Shown: positions 1 through 9,139 of the stretch, one piece after another
How the letters are laid out: every line of letters starts with the position of its first letter
Numbering within the stretch: the stretch's first letter is position 1
Assembly: GCA_964014485.1 (NCBI GenBank)
Contig: CAXHAT010000053.1
Coordinates: forward strand, 1 to 41,870
Reading direction: 5' to 3'
DNA: 41,870 nt
From: an uncultured Deferribacteres bacterium
Lineage (GTDB): Bacteria > Zhuqueibacterota > Zhuqueibacteria > Zhuqueibacterales > Geothermadaptataceae
Notes under the pieces: generated by a model
Databases searched by the model: none
Seen by the model: only the letters and a program-made list of their open reading frames with translations
Told to the model about the DNA's origin: nothing
Position numbers and translations under genes: made by a program

Positions 1-10
1 CCCATTTTCA

Positions 11-32
11 TTCCCAAACCGGAGTTTGGGAA
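11..32. repeat. REP-like palindrome
   Basis: TTCCCAAAC (11-19) and GTTTGGGAA (24-32) form a perfect 9-bp stem around a CGGA loop; intergenic. Confidence 0.5.
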
Positions 33-216
33 CGAGCCGTAATGAGATGCTGTTTGCGGTTGAGTCTCGGAATTGCTTTACTACGCGTAACATCAGTTTT
101 TAACTTAGCATGTCCCCGCGATGGGACGTTCGTTTTTCCAGAAAAGGTCTTTTTGAAAAGCTGCAAGCTTTGACACTTACGGGGCTTGCGGTCGACAGTA
201 ATTTAGGAGTGTGTTC

Positions 217-1017
217 ATGGACAAAAATAACGCTGAAAGCTGGTCTAGAGATAAAGCAATCTCACACCTCCTTGAAGAACATGGCGGTCTCGTATACAAT
301 TTAGGTTTACGCATGTGCGGCACTCCCGAAAACGCCGAGGACCTGGTTCAGGAAACCTTTTTGCGCGCCTTTCGAAATTGGGAGCAGTTTGAGGGAAAAT
401 CAAACCCGACAACATGGCTTTATACCATTGCATCACGCGCCTGTTCTCGGTTCAAACGCCGCCGCGCCGGGGAACCTTCGAAAATGTTGTCGCTTTCCAA
501 GCTTCTGCCTGACCAAACCGAAGACATTCCCATAATAAATTCGGAAGACGAAGCGCCGCTGGATAAAATTTTACAGGAAGAATTTCAAGACGCCGTTAAT
601 CGCGCAATTGCCGCCCTGCCTTCTCATTTTCGCATAGCGTTAATGCTGAAAGACGTCGTCGGACTTTCTTCAACTGACGTCGCCCAAATACTTGGGATTA
701 AGAAAGCGACCGTAAAAACGCGGGTTCATCGCGCTCGTTTACTGCTCAGAAAAGAACTCGCCGAGAAACTGCCAAAACGAAAAGCGCAACATCCCGACCA
801 TTCACGTCAGGCCTGTCTCGATTTGCTTCATGCTAAACAAGAAGCCCTGGATCGAGGCGTCACGTTTCCGTTAGCAGAGAGCGAGCTGTGTACTCGCTGT
901 CGCTCCCTTTTTTCCACCCTCGATTTGGCTAAGGACACATGCCTCGAAATCAAAAACGGAAAACTTCCTGAACATTTGCGCCAACTGGTTTTGAAAGAGT
1001 TCGGAGCTCAAAGCTGA
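217..1017 (+). CDS. ECF-type RNA polymerase sigma factor with Cys-rich C-terminal extension
   Basis: Region 2 AEDLVQETFLRAF...TWLYTIA and region 4 EVAQ-like DVAQILGIKKATVKTRVHRAR; about 80 extra residues with CLDLLH, CTRC and a further Cys. AGGAG at 205-209 favours the ATG at 217 (ORF track starts at GTG 211). Confidence 0.92.
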   Translation: MDKNNAESWSRDKAISHLLEEHGGLVYNLGLRMCGTPENAEDLVQETFLRAFRNWEQFEGKSNPTTWLYTIASRACSRFKRRRAGEPSKMLSLSKLLPDQTEDIPIINSEDEAPLDKILQEEFQDAVNRAIAALPSHFRIALMLKDVVGLSSTDVAQILGIKKATVKTRVHRARLLLRKELAEKLPKRKAQHPDHSRQACLDLLHAKQEALDRGVTFPLAESELCTRCRSLFSTLDLAKDTCLEIKNGKLPEHLRQLVLKEFGAQS

Positions 1018-1166
1018 CGAACACGCTTCTTTTTTGCCATCACTTTTATTTCTCCACAGCACTGACTTGTCTTCTTTTTTTGCTTCATACAATTCAGTAT
1101 AACCGCCCAGTCTCTCCCCCGCCTTTCCGCTCCCGCCGCTTATTTTTGCTGTAGCTCAAATTCTTG

Positions 1167-1193
1167 GGAACCCTTTTTACCCCACGTGTCACT
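1167..1193 (+). promoter_or_regulatory. ECF sigma-type promoter upstream of the sulfur operon
   Basis: GGAAC (1167-1171), 16-nt spacer, GTC (1188-1190) followed by ACT; matches the general ECF GGAAC-N16/17-GTC pattern about 90 nt before the TSUP gene. Confidence 0.6.
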
Positions 1194-1278
1194 AACTTAG
1201 CAGTTGACCTCAAAATGGCAAACAAGGCTCACCTGAGCTGCTACTTTAATATTGAATCCAAACAATAGGAAATGATCC

Positions 1279-2094
1279 ATGGTCGAAGGAGCGGAGATTT
1301 TAGGTTACATTGCGATGGTGGGATTGGGGATTGTCCTGGGACTGCTTGGCGCAGGCGGTTCGATTCTCACAGTGCCTGTCTTGGTTTATCTGCTTGCCGT
1401 CCCTGCATCACAGGCTACGGGGTATTCTTTGATCGTTGTCGGTACTTCGGCGTTGGTGGCAAGCATCGCATACTTGCGCCGCAAACAATCGAACCCTCGC
1501 ATGGGGTTAATTTTTGGAGCGCCGGCTATTCTGGGCGTTTACATCATGAGGAGATATATTTTTCCGGCTATACCAGAGACTGTGCTGCAGATTGAAGGTT
1601 TTGTTTTAAGCAAAGACGTTCTTGTGATGGTTGTTTTCGCGATTTTCATGCTCTTGGCCTCAATTGCAATGATACGAGGCAAAAAAGAAGCAAGCGGCGA
1701 CGGCACATTGAAGGAGGCTAAAATAAATTATCCGGTCATGCTTAGCGCAGGATTCATGGTCGGCATGTTCACCGGATTTGTTGGCGCCGGCGGCGGCTTC
1801 ATGATCCTGCCGTTCCTGGTGATCATGGGCGGACTCCCGATCAAGGTCGCCATCGGTACGGATTTGTTGATCATTGCCGCGAAGTCCCTGGTGGGTTTCA
1901 TCGGAGAAATGCAAGTATCCAACTCGATTGATTTTGGCTTCATCGGGCTCGTCATACTCCTGCCGCTCGCTGGAATTATTCTCGGCGCATATCTCAACAA
2001 ACACGCGCCGGCAAACAAACTGAAGGCCGGCTTTGGCTGGTTTGTCCTGGTTATGGGAATCTACATTATCGCAAGAGAATTCGTGTTGGTTTAG
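1279..2094 (+). CDS. Sulfite exporter TauE/SafE (TSUP) family membrane protein
   Basis: Duplicated GLLGAGGSILTVP / GFVGAGGGFMILP motifs; about 8 hydrophobic segments. Confidence 0.92.
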   Translation: MVEGAEILGYIAMVGLGIVLGLLGAGGSILTVPVLVYLLAVPASQATGYSLIVVGTSALVASIAYLRRKQSNPRMGLIFGAPAILGVYIMRRYIFPAIPETVLQIEGFVLSKDVLVMVVFAIFMLLASIAMIRGKKEASGDGTLKEAKINYPVMLSAGFMVGMFTGFVGAGGGFMILPFLVIMGGLPIKVAIGTDLLIIAAKSLVGFIGEMQVSNSIDFGFIGLVILLPLAGIILGAYLNKHAPANKLKAGFGWFVLVMGIYIIAREFVLV

Positions 2095-2134
2095 TTAAAC
2101 AAGTTCATTCTAACTTCCACAAAAGGAGATCATT

Positions 2135-3535
2135 ATGTTTTTCCAGAATATTTATGAAAAGGGATTGGCTCAAGCAAGTTACATGATCGGCTGCCAGGCG
2201 ACCGGAACAGCGGTCGTTATCGATCCCAAGCGTGACATCGACACATACTTGAAAATCGCCGAAAATGAAAACCTGAAAATCACGCATGTAACTGAAACGC
2301 ATATTCACGCCGATTTCCTGAGTGGAGCGCGTGAGCTTGCCGCAGCCACCGGCGCTGAAATGTTACTGACGGATGAAGGCGGCCCGGATTGGCAGTACCA
2401 GTTTCCTCACAAGGGACTAAAAGACGGCGATATTTTCATGGTGGGTAACATTAAATTCGAAGTTATGCACTCGCCCGGACACACGCCGGAGCACATCAGT
2501 TTTCTGGTCACGGATACACCAGCCGGCGATGAGCCGCTTATGATTCTGACCGGCGATTTTGTGTTCGTCGGCGATGTGGGCAGGCCTGATCTGCTCGAAA
2601 AGGCCGCGGGAATTGCTGGAACGCAAGAAGTTGGCGCTCGGCAAATGTTTGCGTCCTTGGAAAAATTCAAGGCGTTGCCGAATCATGTGCAAGTGTGGCC
2701 GGGGCACGGGGCGGGCTCTGCTTGCGGCAAAGCATTGGGAGCAGTGCCAAGCACGACTGTCGGCTATGCAAAGCTAACGAATTGGGCGCTGCAATATGAC
2801 GATGAAAAAGAATTCGTCAAAGCTTTGCTGGAAGGGCAGCCCGAACCGCCAAAATATTTCGCCATGATGAAAAAGCTGAATAAAGAAGAAAGATCGATTC
2901 TAAAATCCATCCCTATTCCGAATGAATTGATGCAGGAAGAGCTTGAGCAAGCCCTGCAGCAAGGAATGACCTTGATCGACACGCGAAGCAAGGAAGAGTT
3001 TTCCCAAAAGCACATTCCGGGCAGCGTGAATATTCATGACGACAGCGCTTTAACCAATTGGGCGGGTTGGATTCTGGATTACGCCAAGCCTTTTGTTCTG
3101 GTCGCGCCAAAGCATAGAATCCCTGAAATATCCAAAGCGCTCATACGCATCGGGCTGGACAACATACACGGCTTCATCCCTGGCGTCGATGGTTGGATAG
3201 CGAAGGGTAATCCAGTTGAATCCGTCAACGAGGTATCGCCGAGCGAGCTCAAAAATTTATTTGCTGAGAACAATATACAAGTCGTCGATGTGCGCGGGGC
3301 CGTGGAATATGACGATGAGCACCTGCGGAACGCGGTCAACATCCATGCGGGACATTTAATCGATAATCTTGAGCGCTTGCCCAAGAACAAAAACCTGGTT
3401 CTGCAATGTTTAAGCGGAGATCGTTCGATGATCGCTTATAGCTTGCTGTCGAAACGCGGATTCAAAAATATCGCCAATTTGACTGGCGGCATTAATGCCT
3501 GGAAAGACGCGGGTTTTTCAGTCGAAAGCAAATAA
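2135..3535 (+). CDS. MBL-fold persulfide dioxygenase fused to two rhodanese domains (CstB-like)
   Basis: THIHADF, PGHTPEH, TGDFVFVGDVGRPDL, PGHGAGSACG; first rhodanese domain lacks the active Cys, second has CLSGDRS; AGGAG RBS. Confidence 0.92.
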   Translation: MFFQNIYEKGLAQASYMIGCQATGTAVVIDPKRDIDTYLKIAENENLKITHVTETHIHADFLSGARELAAATGAEMLLTDEGGPDWQYQFPHKGLKDGDIFMVGNIKFEVMHSPGHTPEHISFLVTDTPAGDEPLMILTGDFVFVGDVGRPDLLEKAAGIAGTQEVGARQMFASLEKFKALPNHVQVWPGHGAGSACGKALGAVPSTTVGYAKLTNWALQYDDEKEFVKALLEGQPEPPKYFAMMKKLNKEERSILKSIPIPNELMQEELEQALQQGMTLIDTRSKEEFSQKHIPGSVNIHDDSALTNWAGWILDYAKPFVLVAPKHRIPEISKALIRIGLDNIHGFIPGVDGWIAKGNPVESVNEVSPSELKNLFAENNIQVVDVRGAVEYDDEHLRNAVNIHAGHLIDNLERLPKNKNLVLQCLSGDRSMIAYSLLSKRGFKNIANLTGGINAWKDAGFSVESK

Positions 3536-3579
3536 CCCGAATAATTTAAAACAAATCTAAAACCGGAGGTTTTGTTACG

Positions 3580-4134
3580 ATGGAATTCATTTCTGAACCC
3601 TGGCCATGGTATGTGGCAGGGCCGCTAATAGGTCTTATGATTCCCCTGCTTTTGTTGAGCGGGAATAAAATGCTGGGCGTCTCATCCTCATTTAGGCACG
3701 CATGCGCTGCGACGGTTCCAGCAAATATTTCTTTTCTCAAGTATGACTGGAAAAAAGAAACCTGGAATCTATTGTTTGTATTTGGAATTATTCTCGGCGG
3801 CTTCTTGGCCACGAGTTTGATCCCAAACCCTGAAGCCGTCGCCTTGTCTTCTGCAACCAGTTCGGAACTAAACGCGCTTGGAATTAGCAATCATGAAGGC
3901 CTTGTACCGTCAGAAATTTTCAACTGGGCCAGCCTTCTGACGCTGCCGGGGTTTCTGATCATTGTGATCGGCGGATTCTTGATTGGATTTGGCGCTCGCT
4001 ATGCCGGCGGCTGCACTTCCGGACACGCCATAATGGGAATCTCAAGCTTACAATGGCCGTCACTTGTCGCCGTAATTGGATTTTTCATCGGCGGCTTGAT
4101 AATAACACATCTTGTTTATCCATTGTTGTTTTAG
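3580..4134 (+). CDS. YeeE/YedE family sulfur transporter subunit
   Basis: PWPWYVAGPLIG, LGVSSSFRHACAA, GFGARYAGGCTSGHAI motifs. Confidence 0.92.
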   Translation: MEFISEPWPWYVAGPLIGLMIPLLLLSGNKMLGVSSSFRHACAATVPANISFLKYDWKKETWNLLFVFGIILGGFLATSLIPNPEAVALSSATSSELNALGISNHEGLVPSEIFNWASLLTLPGFLIIVIGGFLIGFGARYAGGCTSGHAIMGISSLQWPSLVAVIGFFIGGLIITHLVYPLLF

Positions 4135-4230
4135 AAACGATTTTACGTGCTCGTCTTTCGTCCTGGCAGGCGCGTAACGTCAGTCAAAGATTAATTCGTT
4201 TATTATCTGATAATTTATAGAGAAAGGGTA

Positions 4231-4641
4231 ATGAAGAATCTAAAATTTATCATCTCAGGTGCTATTTTCGGGATAATTCTCTACAAGAGCGAAGTCATCT
4301 CCTGGTTCAGAGTTCAGGAGATGTTTCGGTTCCAATCGTTTCATATGTTTGGGGTGATCGGCTCGGCCATATTGGTGGGATTGATTTCTCTTTACTTAAT
4401 CAAAAAGCTGAAAATCAAATCATTAACCAAAGAATCCATTCAGATTCCATCCAAAAAGATCGATAAAGGTTACATATTCGGCGGCGTGCTCTTTGGCATG
4501 GGCTGGGCGCTGACCGGCGCGTGTCCGGGGCCGCTTTATGCACATTTGGGAGCGGGAACATCCGTGATGATTGTTTCTCTCATAAGCGCGTTTACCGGCA
4601 CTTGGGCCTACAGCTACTTACGCCCGCAACTTCCTCACTAA
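4231..4641 (+). CDS. YeeE/YedE family partner subunit (DUF6691-like)
   Basis: SWFRVQEMFRFQSFHMFG and FGMGWALTGACPGP motifs. Confidence 0.9.
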   Translation: MKNLKFIISGAIFGIILYKSEVISWFRVQEMFRFQSFHMFGVIGSAILVGLISLYLIKKLKIKSLTKESIQIPSKKIDKGYIFGGVLFGMGWALTGACPGPLYAHLGAGTSVMIVSLISAFTGTWAYSYLRPQLPH

Positions 4642-4651
4642 CTTGATACGC

Positions 4652-4677
4652 GGTCGCCTGCCCCCATACAGGCGACC
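4652..4677 (+). terminator. Hairpin after the sulfur operon (possible terminator)
   Basis: GGTCGCCTG / CAGGCGACC perfect 9-bp stem 11 nt after the stop; no U-tract, the IS end follows immediately. Confidence 0.45.
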
Positions 4678-5375
4678 AGTCAATCACCACCGGCAAAACC
4701 GGTGCCCCGGCTACTTCCCAAAGGGGGGCTATTACATATACTCATCGTCAAAATGTCGCCAGATTTCTGCCTGGACCCACTTTATTCACAGTTGTTGGCA
4801 GTCCCAAAATGGGCAACGCTATTACTAAAAAGCATCACCGCTTGAGTTGCGGAATCGCTCAAACAGCCCCGTCTTCCTGGTTCTTGATATAGCCCCGTAC
4901 TTCCTGCCCCAGCCAGATCGACAGTGTTCAACTAGCGCTGCGCGACCAAAAAATGATGATCACGAAAATTAACACGAAGCTTGCTGTGACGCTCGATGAA
5001 TTCTATCGCGCTCTTCCCCATCAAATAACCAACGATATTCGAAACGCCATATTTCGAAAGAATCGACACACGTGAATATAATCACGGCAGGATGTCGCTT
5101 CAACGATTGCAACGCCTTTGTATTCACATGAGCGATGTAGAATAGAATCTATATCTTGCCGAAGCTTGCCGTAAACCAGTTGACAACGGGACTTGGGAAT
5201 CCAGACTATGCTACTTGCATTCCCAAAAGGTATGAGCTAACTTGTTTTGCATGACGAAACTCCTGTGGTTAAGATGAGGACGTCTGACGATTCCAAATCT
5301 AATCTCAGGAGCTTCTTTCTCAAATACGAATGCAAAGCCTTTGCCATTCTCACCGGCGAAAACGGTAGTTTAGCA
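4678..5375 (-). mobile_element. Degenerate IS200/IS605-family insertion sequence
   Basis: Contains the tnpA pseudogene, flanked by related subterminal hairpins CACCGGCAAAACCGGTG (4688-4704) and CACCGGCGAAAACGGTAG (5351-5368); boundaries approximate. Confidence 0.8.
4859..5252 (-). pseudogene. tnpA: IS200-type Y1 transposase pseudogene
   Basis: Hand translation across frameshifts: MQNKLAHTFWECK*-IVWIPKSRCQLVYGKLRQDIDSILHRSCEYKGVAIVEATSCRDYIHV-VSILSKYGVSNIVGYLMGKSAI...NFRDHHF-WSR...QEVRGYIKNQE; GGAG RBS before the ATG at 5252. Confidence 0.88.
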
Positions 5376-5406
5376 GAGCAGTTAAACTCAAATTTAAGAG
5401 AATGCC

Positions 5407-5904
5407 ATGAATAACTGGAAGGTCGCTTGGGGATTAGCCACGAAGCCAATCATAATCGCATTTGTTCTCATCGCTCTCCGTTTTGTAGCCGAGGCCCTGG
5501 AGTGGCCAAATTGGGCGGCGAACATCTTTGGCGTGAGTTGGCTTGTATTCTTACTGCCAATATATTTCGCCCTGGAAATTTTGAAATCAAAGCGCGAGAA
5601 GCCGTTTTTGCTGCTTGTACAAACCACGCTTGTTTTTGCTTTGCCCGTTCGCTTGGTCGTCGCCGCTTCTTATTCGTTAGCATACCATTTTCAATGGCAG
5701 GCTTCGCGATTTCAGATCGCAAGCGGCGGGGTCGTTCCAGGGCCAAACGATGACCCCATGACGCCTCTGCAAGGATATTTGGCAGTACCGGCCGCAAACT
5801 TTCTATTCGGCGTCATCACTGCGGTCGCCATTGCCGCAATCATTGGAGGAATCATTATCCTAGTGAAAGGCAAAAAATCGGAAACCGCAGAAGCGGGCGA
5901 TTGA
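5407..5904 (+). CDS. Hypothetical membrane protein (about 4 TM)
   Basis: 165-aa ORF with four hydrophobic segments, ending 13 nt before the next gene. Confidence 0.75.
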   Translation: MNNWKVAWGLATKPIIIAFVLIALRFVAEALEWPNWAANIFGVSWLVFLLPIYFALEILKSKREKPFLLLVQTTLVFALPVRLVVAASYSLAYHFQWQASRFQIASGGVVPGPNDDPMTPLQGYLAVPAANFLFGVITAVAIAAIIGGIIILVKGKKSETAEAGD

Positions 5905-5917
5905 ACCAGGACAAAAA

Positions 5918-7069
5918 ATGGCGAAAAATTACAAATCGATCGAAACAGCGCTGATTCACGCCGGAGAAGAGCGCCGCTTTGAAGGTGCCGTCGCATTGCC
6001 GATCTTTCAATCGGCAATGTTTGAGTATGAAGGCACGGAAGGCTACTACGATCTGAAATACATCCGCCTGCACAATACGCCGAATCATGCGGCTATACAT
6101 AAAAAGTTGGCAAGCCTGGAAAACGCTGAATCCGCGCTCGTTTTGGGAAGTGGGATGGCGGCCATTTCTACCGCGATTCTGAGCGTGGTTTCAGCAGGCG
6201 ATCATATTCTGGTGCAGGACACGCTTTACGGCGGCACTCATGATCTTTTTACCAAAAACATGGAAGGCTTCGGCATTGAATATGATTTTATCGATGCAGA
6301 CGATCCCGATTCCTGGCGCGCCAAATTGCGGCCAAACACCAAAGCTTTGTATTGCGAATCGTTGACCAATCCACTCTTGCAAGTCGGCGATTTGGAGAGT
6401 CTCGCAAAATTTGCCAACGCGCACGGCTTGACCGCTTTGGTCGACAACACTTTTACAGGGCCGATTAATTTTCGTCCGCTCGATCTTGGTTTTCATCTGT
6501 CGCTTCATAGCTGTACAAAATCGCTCAATGGTCATTCAGACATCGTCGGCGGCGCGATAATCGGCAACGCTGAACGTATTACGAAATGCTTGCATCTTGC
6601 TTGCCATTTGGGCGGCAGCCTCGATCCGCACGCGTGCTTCCTTTTATTGCGCGGGATGAAAACGTTAGCGTTGAGGATGAATTTTCAGAACAAAAGTACG
6701 CTAAAAATAGCTGAATTTCTTTCGACTCACTCCGTCGTTAAACGGGTGAACTACCCTGGCCTTAAAAATCATGCTAACCACGACAGAGCCGCGAGCCTTT
6801 TTAAGGGCTGCGGCGGCGTATTCAGTTTTGAGCTCAAGGGCGGCCTTTCTGCGGCGACGCGGTTCATGGAAAGAGTTCAGATCCCAATTATTGCGCCCAG
6901 CCTCGGCGGCGTCGAAACGTTGGCGACGTTGCCGTCAAAAACTTCGCATGCCGGACTCTCAAAAGCTGAACGTGAAAAAGCCGGAATCAGCGAGGGGCTT
7001 ATTCGAATTTCCGTTGGCATAGAAAATACTGACGAGCTTATTGCAGATTTTACCCAAGCGTTGCAATAA
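5918..7069 (+). CDS. Cys/Met metabolism PLP-dependent enzyme (cystathionine gamma-lyase/synthase or methionine gamma-lyase family)
   Basis: SGMAAI, YGGT, VDNTF, HSCTKSLNGHSD (PLP lysine), SLGGVETL, IRISVGIE. Confidence 0.93.
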   Translation: MAKNYKSIETALIHAGEERRFEGAVALPIFQSAMFEYEGTEGYYDLKYIRLHNTPNHAAIHKKLASLENAESALVLGSGMAAISTAILSVVSAGDHILVQDTLYGGTHDLFTKNMEGFGIEYDFIDADDPDSWRAKLRPNTKALYCESLTNPLLQVGDLESLAKFANAHGLTALVDNTFTGPINFRPLDLGFHLSLHSCTKSLNGHSDIVGGAIIGNAERITKCLHLACHLGGSLDPHACFLLLRGMKTLALRMNFQNKSTLKIAEFLSTHSVVKRVNYPGLKNHANHDRAASLFKGCGGVFSFELKGGLSAATRFMERVQIPIIAPSLGGVETLATLPSKTSHAGLSKAEREKAGISEGLIRISVGIENTDELIADFTQALQ

Positions 7070-7206
7070 AGATGATAAAGCACATTTCAGATTGAACCCA
7101 GTCTTTTTCTTTACGCATCTTTTTACAAGTAACGCCAACGCGGAACCATCAAACCAAACCTAACAATAACATAGGCTTGTAGACACAAGAAAGAATCAAC
7201 TGCATT

Positions 7207-7222
7207 CGGCACGTACTTTGCC
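7207..7222 (+). promoter_or_regulatory. sigma54 (RpoN)-type -24/-12 promoter
   Basis: CGGCACGTACTTTGCC with GG at 7208-7209 and GC at 7220-7221 (exact GG-N10-GC spacing), 155 nt before the HD-GYP gene. Confidence 0.6.
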
Positions 7223-7376
7223 TAAAGGTTTAAGTGACGGGTTCAAAATGTATCCTTTCAACTCGTTTTCATCGCATTAGCGCTCATCTCTTGTTATGCT
7301 CATTTGGTTCGTCGAGCCTTTGGTTTTCTGAATCACGCCGTCCGGGGTATAGTCTGATTTTGGAGGAGAAGTCCGT

Positions 7377-8075
7377 ATGATTCTCAATCGCGCCTGGAAT
7401 CTAAAGCCAGTAGCGCCGTCGCCGCAATTTCGATCTCCCAAGGCGGCGCGCACAAGCCTGTTAGCTCAACTAGATGTTTACACCTACGAACATTCGATGC
7501 GGGTCAAGCAAATTGCGTTGGAGATTGGCGAGATTCTTGAATTATCCAATCAGGAACTTGCCGGTTTGGGCAACGCCGCGCTTTTCCATGATATCGGCAA
7601 ACTGAAGACGCCGCAATCAATTCTGATGAAAAAGGGTGCTTTAACTGAATTTGAGCACATACGAATTCGGCAGCACTCCCGTCACGGCTATGATCTTTGG
7701 CTTGAAAGCGGCGGCTATTACGGCGTGGCCGTCGCCATACTTTGTCACCATGAACGATTCAACGGCTCAGGATATCCGTCGGGACTTTTCGGCGAGGACA
7801 TACCGTTATGGAGCAGGATCATCTCTGTTGCTGATGCGATTGACGCGATGGTCATAAAGCGCAGCTATAGCGATCCAATTGAATTGCCAGACGCTTTGGA
7901 GCGGATTCGAGCCGCCGAGGGTACGCAATTCGATCCGTTTCTCGTCGCAAAGACACTTTTTGACAAGCCTTCCTTTTCATACAAAAGCTTACAATCCAGG
8001 TTAGAACAACGCGTTTATTTACCAGAACGAAAGTTCGATACTTGCCAGTCCGAACAATCACTTGCCCGCCTATGA
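7377..8075 (+). CDS. Stand-alone HD-GYP domain phosphodiesterase
   Basis: EHSMRV, FHDIGK, HHERFNGSGYP, RIISVADAIDAM, GTQFDP; GGAGGAG RBS. Confidence 0.92.
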   Translation: MILNRAWNLKPVAPSPQFRSPKAARTSLLAQLDVYTYEHSMRVKQIALEIGEILELSNQELAGLGNAALFHDIGKLKTPQSILMKKGALTEFEHIRIRQHSRHGYDLWLESGGYYGVAVAILCHHERFNGSGYPSGLFGEDIPLWSRIISVADAIDAMVIKRSYSDPIELPDALERIRAAEGTQFDPFLVAKTLFDKPSFSYKSLQSRLEQRVYLPERKFDTCQSEQSLARL

Positions 8076-8144
8076 TGCGCACTCTTTCGGGGCGTCGGTA
8101 CAAATCTGATTAAACGCAGATTTCACCGAAACCACCTCCCACCC

Positions 8145-8585
8145 ATGAAAAAATGTTTTATCTTCTTTGCTCTGCTGCTGGGAATTTTTGCAATTGCAGG
8201 ATATTTCGCTGTTGGCGCTTTGCAAAATACGCCGGTTTATCGACTCTATAAAATCCAACAGGTTGTTACGCAGGTTGACAAATCAGCGGAAGAATTCCAC
8301 TTCACACCTGAACAGCTTCGGATTCTGCGCGAAATCAAAGATATGATTTTGCGGGAGGGCGATAACTTAAACGACGGCGGCGGGGATATACTCGATCAAT
8401 TGGCTCAGGAATTCAAAAGCGACCGCTTTAATGCGCCCAAACTGAATAGCTTGAGCGGAAAACTCGTTCTGCGAATCCAAAATATTATGCCCGACATTTA
8501 CGAAAAGCTCGGCGAGTTTCACGCTACTCTGACGGACATTCAAAAGACAAAAATCGCCGCTCTTTTTGAAGGCGCTGATCAGTAA
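8145..8585 (+). CDS. Exported helical protein, Spy/CpxP (LTxxQ)-like
   Basis: N-terminal signal/TM segment; FTPEQ and LTDIQ motifs flank a helical core. Confidence 0.55.
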   Translation: MKKCFIFFALLLGIFAIAGYFAVGALQNTPVYRLYKIQQVVTQVDKSAEEFHFTPEQLRILREIKDMILREGDNLNDGGGDILDQLAQEFKSDRFNAPKLNSLSGKLVLRIQNIMPDIYEKLGEFHATLTDIQKTKIAALFEGADQ

Positions 8586-8650
8586 AACGTTTGATCTTAC
8601 TTTGGGAAGCCTTATTCTGTGATCGGTTTTATTAACTTCAAGCAACGGTC

Positions 8651-9139
8651 ATGTCAATCGATCCAGAAAACTTCAAAGAAATTTTAAGCCGCTACGCTTC
8701 CGGCGTGACAATCGTCACCACGGTTTTTGATAAAAAAGATTACGGTTTAACCGTCACTTCATTTTGCTCCGTATCCATCTCGCCTCCCCTTGTTCTCATC
8801 TGCGTGGACAAATCAACAAACGGCTACCAAGCTCTTTTGCAAGCTGAAGAATTCACCGTTAATCTTTTGAGCCTTGAACAAGCAGACCTATCAGAGAAGT
8901 TTGGCGGCGCGGACATCGAAATTCCCGATCGGTTCAGCGGCGAGTCCTTTCTCAGGAACCAGGCCGGACACGCCTTTTTTGAAGACGGCATTGGCTATAT
9001 TTCGTGTCGGAAATGGAATATTTATGATGGCGGGGATCACGGAATTGTGGTGGGAGAAGTCAAGAGCACAAAAATATACAACGACAACCCGCCACTGATT
9101 CACCTACGAAGAAACTACGGAACTTTCAATCCTTCGTAG
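8651..9139 (+). CDS. Flavin reductase-like protein
   Basis: ASGVTIVTT, GLTVTSFCSVSISPPLVLICV, GGDHGIVVGEV; 3' end overlaps the convergent tldE by 14 nt. Confidence 0.92.
   Translation: MSIDPENFKEILSRYASGVTIVTTVFDKKDYGLTVTSFCSVSISPPLVLICVDKSTNGYQALLQAEEFTVNLLSLEQADLSEKFGGADIEIPDRFSGESFLRNQAGHAFFEDGIGYISCRKWNIYDGGDHGIVVGEVKSTKIYNDNPPLIHLRRNYGTFNPS

Noticed and set aside
170..202. sigma70 promoter for the ECF gene (perfect TTGACA at 170-175)
   Set aside because: No acceptable -10 hexamer at 16-18 nt spacing.
4643..4828. 61-aa plus-strand ORF after the YeeE genes
   Set aside because: TTG start, runs through the hairpin and the IS end, no protein-like features.
7240..7358. Short hydrophobic reading frame or riboswitch in the HD-GYP leader
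   Set aside because: The frame has no start codon after the upstream stop, and I could not see c-di-GMP riboswitch consensus elements.
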